A stretch of 63,911 bases of DNA, counting the filler, from Nitrospirae bacterium CG2_30_53_67 (GTDB lineage: Bacteria > CG2-30-53-67), in the NCBI GenBank assembly GCA_001873285.1. It is 6 parts of 6 records of this genome, joined end to end, with 100 filler letters (N's around TTAATTAATTAA, not from the genome) between each part and the next. Parts side by side here need not be neighbours in the genome. Positions count along the whole stretch, not along the records: positions 55,658 to 60,291 come from MNYV01000179.1; positions 60,392 to 63,911 come from MNYV01000032.1; 4 more parts are not named here. One strand, given 5' to 3'. Below are positions 58,802 to 63,911 of the stretch, one piece after another. The notes beneath the pieces are model-generated. The model was not told the DNA's origin and did no database searches. It was given only the letters and a program-made list of their open reading frames with translations. A program made the translations under genes and the position numbers. The first letter of the stretch is position 1. Every line of letters starts with the position of its first letter.

Positions 58802-60151
58802 TTACCCCTCCTCAATATGATCCACCGTGCACTCGACCCGGCCGAGATGAAAATGGATTCTTAAACGGTCGTTCAGAGAGATCTGCCGGCTTTCCCGGAT
58901 GATCTTCTCCTCCGGCAGCTTGTAAACGATGCTGTAGCCGCGCTGCAGGACCTTTAAAGGACCCAGGGCATCAAGCCGCTCTGAAAGAGCGGACAGCCGG
59001 TCTCTCCGCCTCTGAAGGGAAAATATCATTTCCCTCCGGTTCTTTTTCATATGGACCGCAAGCCGCTCACGGAACTTTCCGACCTTCTCCTTGGGATTTA
59101 AAAGACGAAGGGCGGATATCTTCCCCTGAAGACGCGCCCTCAGTAAACCCACCTTGCGCTTGAATGATATTTTGACGGCCTCGTTCAGGTCGTCCAGACG
59201 CTGCCGGATCATCCCGATCCTCTGCTGCGGACTGATGAGTCTCCGGGAGAGATTCTCCAAGGCGGACCGCCTCCGGTTCAGGATGACGCCGACCCGGTTT
59301 TGAAGACGTTCCTTTAGGGTGAGGATCCTATCCTCCATTTCCGCTTTATTCCGGACAACGAGTTCTGCGGCAGCGGAAGGGGTCGGCGCCCTGAAATCGG
59401 CCACGAAATCCGAGATGGTAAAATCCGTTTCATGCCCCACGGCGGAGATGACCGGGATGCTTGAACCATAGACCGCCCGGGCAACCTTTTCTTCGTTGAA
59501 GGGCCAAAGGTCTTCGAGAGATCCTCCGCCTCGAGATAGGATGATGACATCCAGATCCTCCCGGCGGTTCAACGATTCTACGGCATCTACGATCTCCTGA
59601 GCGGCGCTGTCGCCCTGGACGTGGACCGAAGCAATCAGGATCTCCACATTGGCAAAACGCCGGTTGATGATGTTCAGGATATCCTGAATCGCGGCGCCTG
59701 TGGGTGAGGTGATCACACCGATCCGCTGGGGAAGCAGAGGGAGCTTCCTTTTATGAGCCGGATCAAAAAGCCCTTCCTGATCGAGGCGCTCCTTGATCTG
59801 CTCAAAGGCCAGGTGCAGGGCGCCCAAACCTATCGGTTCCATATAGTCCACATTGATCTGAACCGTGCCGCGGGACTCATAGACGGTCACGATCCCCTTG
59901 CAGAGGACCTGCATGCCGTCTTCAGGCTCAAAGCGGATGTACCGTCTCTTGTATTTGAAGAACACAGCCTGGATCTGGGCTTCTTCATCCTTCAGTGTAA
60001 AATAGGTATGCCCGGAATAGGGAGTCTTGAGATTGGATATTTCGCCCGTGACCCAGACGGAGGGAAACGTCTCTTCCAGCCGGCCGCGGATCCTTGCCGT
60101 CAGCTCATGAACCGTCAGGATATCATAGGGGAGGCTTTGCAGGTCTTCCAT
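58802..60151 (-). CDS. xseA: Exodeoxyribonuclease VII large subunit
   Basis: VWVTGEISN, SGHTYFTLKD, RGGGSLEDL, VGHETD, LQRGY. Confidence 0.96.
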   Translation of the reverse strand: MEDLQSLPYDILTVHELTARIRGRLEETFPSVWVTGEISNLKTPYSGHTYFTLKDEEAQIQAVFFKYKRRYIRFEPEDGMQVLCKGIVTVYESRGTVQINVDYMEPIGLGALHLAFEQIKERLDQEGLFDPAHKRKLPLLPQRIGVITSPTGAAIQDILNIINRRFANVEILIASVHVQGDSAAQEIVDAVESLNRREDLDVIILSRGGGSLEDLWPFNEEKVARAVYGSSIPVISAVGHETDFTISDFVADFRAPTPSAAAELVVRNKAEMEDRILTLKERLQNRVGVILNRRRSALENLSRRLISPQQRIGMIRQRLDDLNEAVKISFKRKVGLLRARLQGKISALRLLNPKEKVGKFRERLAVHMKKNRREMIFSLQRRRDRLSALSERLDALGPLKVLQRGYSIVYKLPEEKIIRESRQISLNDRLRIHFHLGRVECTVDHIEEG

Positions 60152-60169
60152 GGCGTGCGCTCATCCTTA

Positions 60170-60291
60170 GTGACCCTATTCGTAAATACGGCGGCATTCG
60201 AGTGCCGTAGGGCGGTCTCCTCGGCGTTCCGCTTCTTGCGGCGTACCAGAGGGGCACACCTCAGTCGCGCGCCTTGATGAGACCGCCCTAC
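60170..60291. mobile_element. MITE-like element, family A, copy 3 (cut by the gap)
   Basis: TTA then GTGACCCTATTCGTAAATACGGCGGCATTCGAGTGCCG...; closely matches the reverse complement of 33862-34023. Confidence 0.8.
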
Positions 60292-60391
60292 NNNNNNNNN
60301 NNNNNNNNNNNNNNNNNNNNNNNNNNNNNNNNNNNTTAATTAATTAANNNNNNNNNNNNNNNNNNNNNNNNNNNNNNNNNNNNNNNNNNNN
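60292..60391. other. Artificial contig linker
   Basis: N-run, TTAATTAATTAA, N-run. Confidence 0.98.
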
Positions 60392-60731
60392 GCATAATAA
60401 GGGATCCATGGCCTGTCTTTCATCCCGTTTCCCCTACGGGACCGAAATCACGGAAGAGAGGGTCCGGCAGGTGGCTCGGTGTGAAGAGCTGCTTCGTTCC
60501 ATGGGTTTCGATCCCTATCGGGTCCGTTATCACGGGGAGATTGCCCGGATCGAGGTCGCAAGTGATGCCTTTCATCGTCTTCTGAAAGAAGACATTCTTG
60601 CCGCCCTCGTTAAAAGGTTCAAAGAGGCCGGTTTTGTCTATGTCACACTGGATCTCGAAGGATTCAGAAGCGGGAGCATGAACGAGGTACTCTCCCCTGT
60701 TCAGACTGAAACCGCAGAACATTCTCAGTAA
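60392..60731 (+). CDS. larE: LarE C-terminal part; 60392-60680 is the reverse complement of 1-289
   Basis: MACLSSRFPYG, RVRYHG..ARIE, YVTLDLEGFRSGSMN. Confidence 0.85.
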
Positions 60732-60780
60732 AGGTTCAATTCATCAATCGGCATCATAAAAGAGTTGAAAGGCCCCTGTC

Positions 60781-61425
60781 ATGATACTGGAAACCCTCAT
60801 TGTCGGCCCACTTGAGGTCAACTGTTATCTCATGGCCTACGCACCGGGCCGGGATGCGCTGGTCATAGACCCAGGGGACGATGGGGAGCGCATATTGGAG
60901 CGGATTCATGAAAACAACCTATCTCTGAAATATATCCTCAACACGCATGGACATTTCGACCACGTAGGCGCCAATCGGAAACTCAAAGAGGCCACAGGCG
61001 CCGATATCCTGATCCATGAAAAGGATGCCCCGCTCCTCACTATCGCCGGTGAACAGGCCAGATCCTTCGGTCTCACCGCAGACGATTCTCCCCCGGCAGA
61101 CCGGTTTCTCAATCACCGGGACCGGATCGAACTGGGAGGCATCTGCCTCCAAGTCATCGCAACCCCGGGCCACTCCGGGGGAGGGATCTGCCTGCTTATG
61201 GAGGATCTCCTTTTCACCGGGGATACCCTCTTTGCCGGATCCATCGGGAGGACTGATCTTCCCGGAAGCTCCTTTCGTCAGATCATGGTCTCGATTCAGG
61301 AAATGATCCTTCCCCTTGGGGATCACCTTAAGATTTATCCCGGGCATGGGCCGGGTTCCACCATCGGAAAAGAGAAACGGACCAACCCCTTTCTCTTGAG
61401 TCCGGGGAGTCGTGAAATTGGATAA
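60781..61425 (+). CDS. MBL-fold metallo-hydrolase (glyoxalase II / YcbL-like)
   Basis: THGHFDH, TPGH, FTGD, PGHG. Confidence 0.92.
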   Translation: MILETLIVGPLEVNCYLMAYAPGRDALVIDPGDDGERILERIHENNLSLKYILNTHGHFDHVGANRKLKEATGADILIHEKDAPLLTIAGEQARSFGLTADDSPPADRFLNHRDRIELGGICLQVIATPGHSGGGICLLMEDLLFTGDTLFAGSIGRTDLPGSSFRQIMVSIQEMILPLGDHLKIYPGHGPGSTIGKEKRTNPFLLSPGSREIG

Positions 61426-61440
61426 AGACCCTATTTTGCT

Positions 61441-61469
61441 TTGACTTTTAAGCTGTTTGTTTATATAAT
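61441..61469 (+). promoter_or_regulatory. Putative sigma70 promoter
   Basis: TTGACT-N17-TATAAT. Confidence 0.65.
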
Positions 61470-61551
61470 ATTAACATAATAGTCTTAAAGAAACGGTTTA
61501 AGAATACCATCCGAACCCTTTCACTTCTCCTTAATTTCCGGAGGGCTGCAG

Positions 61552-62274
61552 ATGACACTTAAAAGTGTTCGCGTACCGAAAGAAATGGAGCCCCTTTTCG
61601 AAAAGGCTGAAAAATTCGTGCAGGACTACTTCAAGGGGTTCAACCATGATACAGGCCAGGGCGTCCTAAACATCGGCGGCGAAAGATATATCCTGGTCCG
61701 GGCCTCCTCCATGTCCGTGGAATTCTTCGAATACATCAAGGGGATGTACCCCGGTCTGAACGAGATCGAAGCGGCAGAGGCCGCAGCCAGCATCCTTTTT
61801 GATATGGCCCATGCCATAGGCAAGGCCGATGCCATGGACTTCCACCGGAGAATGGGCGTCACCGAACCGTTGGCCAAACTCTCATTCGGACCGATCCACT
61901 TCGCTTACACGGGATGGGCGCTTGTGGATATCTTTCCGGAAAGCAGGCCGAGCCCCGATGAAAACTACTACCTGATCTATGACCATCCCAACTCCTTTGA
62001 GGCCGATTCCTGGATCAAAAAGAACACCCCTCCCGGAGAAAGTCATCCCGTGATTAAAACCGACATCCCGGTCTGTTTCATGAACGCCGGATACTCCTCG
62101 GGATGGTGTGAGCAGAGCTTCGGCGTCGAACTCACGGCACAGGAGATTCTTTGCAGGGCTCACGGGGATGGCTGCTGCCGTTTCATCATGGGACACCCGA
62201 AACGCCTGCAAGGCTATATCCGGGAGTATAAAAAAGCGCATCCCGAACTATTCCTGAAACCGAACGATTTTTAA
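61552..62274 (+). CDS. Stand-alone V4R / XylR-N-like sensory domain protein
   Basis: GERYILVRA, GPIHFAYTGW, SFEA, CFMNAGYSSGW, EILCRAHGDGCCRF. Confidence 0.8.
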   Translation: MTLKSVRVPKEMEPLFEKAEKFVQDYFKGFNHDTGQGVLNIGGERYILVRASSMSVEFFEYIKGMYPGLNEIEAAEAAASILFDMAHAIGKADAMDFHRRMGVTEPLAKLSFGPIHFAYTGWALVDIFPESRPSPDENYYLIYDHPNSFEADSWIKKNTPPGESHPVIKTDIPVCFMNAGYSSGWCEQSFGVELTAQEILCRAHGDGCCRFIMGHPKRLQGYIREYKKAHPELFLKPNDF

Positions 62275-62332
62275 TGACCCGTTCCCAGCTTCATGATTGA
62301 TGAACTCATAAAAAGTTCATAAGTGATATCCC

Positions 62333-63911
62333 ATGGGCAGAGAGATATTCGACAGCATCACGTCAAAATTGGCGGCCCAGGTTCCTCTTTTCGCCAAATC
62401 CATTGTCACTCAGGGACTGAAGTCCGTCGGCGCCGATCCCTATTCGGTGACCCCTTCACTCATGATCAAAGCCCTGAATGAATACATTCTCCCCCGTCTT
62501 CATTCATACGGCAAAGGGGCCGAACCCATTGACCTCATCGGAGAAGGATTTATCCGAACGACTTCCCGGGGTGAAATCCTGGAGATCAGTCCCATCATCC
62601 TCCACATGCTGAACCTGCATGGCCGGGGAGAATCGGATCTTCAGGAAGTCCGGGATACGCTGATCAGATTGGGGATACTCTACCCTCCGGGGGAGGCCTG
62701 GAACCCCCGCAAAAAATGCGTCAGCCAGAAGGTTGAGATCCCTGCTCCGAACCGCAGGATCATGGAAGTCCTGATCACGCCGGTCTTGAACCAGGCTCAG
62801 GAGGTCGAAGAGTTCCAGTACATTCTTCGTGACATCACCCTATCCGAAGGTCTGTTTCAGGAGATCATGGACCTCTATGATAACCTTGATAAAAAAGTCC
62901 ATGAACATTCCGCAGAACTCAGGGAAACGGAACGTCTCGGCGCCCTGCTGGTCCAGGAGCTCGACCGGACACATGTCCTGAATTTGATCACGGAAAAGGC
63001 CGCCCATCTGGTTGGAGCGGAAACCGTCTTTGTCATGATGATCTCTCCGGACGCAAGATCCTACACGTACCCTGCTGCGTACGGCATAGACGCCGAACAG
63101 ATCATCGGAGGGGAACTCCCCATGGAGATCGGCCCCTGCGGCTGGGTGTTGAAGAACAAAAAACCTCTCATCATCAACGACCTGGAAAAAGGCGGGAAGA
63201 CGGTGGCGGGCGGGGCCCTGAAACGATTGGTCAAATCGGCGGTCTATCTCCCGCTGTTTAAGGCTGGAGAGATCATCGGCGGGATTGCCGCCGTCGGCAA
63301 GAAACAAAGTCCGGCTTTTTCGGAACAGGATTTCAAGCTTCTAAATATTTTTTCCAACTACGCAAGCATCGCCATTGAAAACGCCTCCCTGTACAGCGAC
63401 ATCAAGCAAAACAAGGAGTTTTTGGAGACCATCTTCAACGGCGTGGGCGTGGGGATCGTGGTCCTCTCTCCGGAGTTGAGAATTTTTTCCGCAAACAGGG
63501 CCATCAGGGCCCTGTCGGGGCACAAAGAAGAGGATCTGACCGGCTCCCATTGTTTTGAACGTTTCCACGGATGCCCCTCGCCCTGTGCCGACTGCCCGGC
63601 AGTCAAAACCTTTTCCACAGGCCGGCCTGCACAAAATAACTCTACCGGCAGAAACATCAAGGGAGAGACCATTCATGTGGAGATCAATACCTATCCCTTG
63701 TTCAACGAATCGGGTGAGGTCATCCAGGTCATCGAGACGGTAAAGGACATCACTGAGTTAAAAAAACTGGAAGAGGCAAGGATAGCCAATACCGAAGAAC
63801 TCCGCAGGCTGAGTTCCGACCTGGAACGGAAGGTCGGAGAAAGAACCTGGGAACTCGACCTGAAGAATCAGGAACTGGAAGAGGCCAACCGGGCCCTCAG
63901 GGACATGGACT
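62333..63911 (+). CDS. PAS/GAF/PAS sensor protein, probably a histidine kinase; runs off the window end
   Basis: Manual translation MGREIFDS...RDIT (PAS), GAF ending FSEQDFKLL..ASIAIENASLY, PAS with CFERFHG...CADCP...KDITE, then a coiled coil; not in the ORF track. Confidence 0.85.
   Translation, partial: MGREIFDSITSKLAAQVPLFAKSIVTQGLKSVGADPYSVTPSLMIKALNEYILPRLHSYGKGAEPIDLIGEGFIRTTSRGEILEISPIILHMLNLHGRGESDLQEVRDTLIRLGILYPPGEAWNPRKKCVSQKVEIPAPNRRIMEVLITPVLNQAQEVEEFQYILRDITLSEGLFQEIMDLYDNLDKKVHEHSAELRETERLGALLVQELDRTHVLNLITEKAAHLVGAETVFVMMISPDARSYTYPAAYGIDAEQIIGGELPMEIGPCGWVLKNKKPLIINDLEKGGKTVAGGALKRLVKSAVYLPLFKAGEIIGGIAAVGKKQSPAFSEQDFKLLNIFSNYASIAIENASLYSDIKQNKEFLETIFNGVGVGIVVLSPELRIFSANRAIRALSGHKEEDLTGSHCFERFHGCPSPCADCPAVKTFSTGRPAQNNSTGRNIKGETIHVEINTYPLFNESGEVIQVIETVKDITELKKLEEARIANTEELRRLSSDLERKVGERTWELDLKNQELEEANRALRDMD

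Noticed and set aside
62296..62320. TTGATGAACTCATAAAAAGTTCAT as another MITE end
   Set aside because: It is a single short occurrence with no partner end in the window, which is not enough support.

Overview
This window is six bacterial contigs joined by 100-nt artificial linkers (N-run, TTAATTAATTAA, N-run) at 7626, 12884, 34143, 55558 and 60292. Gene content suggests an anaerobic, motile, sulfur-metabolising Gram-negative bacterium of deltaproteobacterial type (inference). Housekeeping genes: prfB with +1 frameshift, lysS, lolC/E, rne/rng, plsY, pgsA, recJ, xseA, comEA/comEC, tRNA-Leu(GAG), and a Re-citrate synthase-icd-mdh-fumarase cluster. Regulatory genes: csrA-fliW, flgM and an HD-GYP gene, each unit preceded by a sigma28-like promoter. 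Redox and sulfur loci: (1) a Tat-exported molybdoenzyme operon (NrfD subunit, TorD chaperone, cytochrome with at least 12 hemes) whose catalytic subunit appears to have Gly at the usual Mo-ligating Cys; (2) a dsrE/F/H-tusA-cysteine synthase cluster; (3) a sigma54-driven dsrE-tusA-tusA-sqr-DUF1641 operon. Features missing from the ORF track: an integron gene cassette with a clear attC carrying a restriction-modification system whose endonuclease has a nonsense codon; three families of small inverted-repeat elements, one holding an internally deleted four-helix-bundle gene; and a helicase/HsdR chimeric remnant. A PilT-type ATPase is fused to an MshEN domain. A 439-bp fold-back duplication and a 289-bp inverted larE overlap look like assembly or amplification artefacts. 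All family assignments come from motif recognition; no database search was run.
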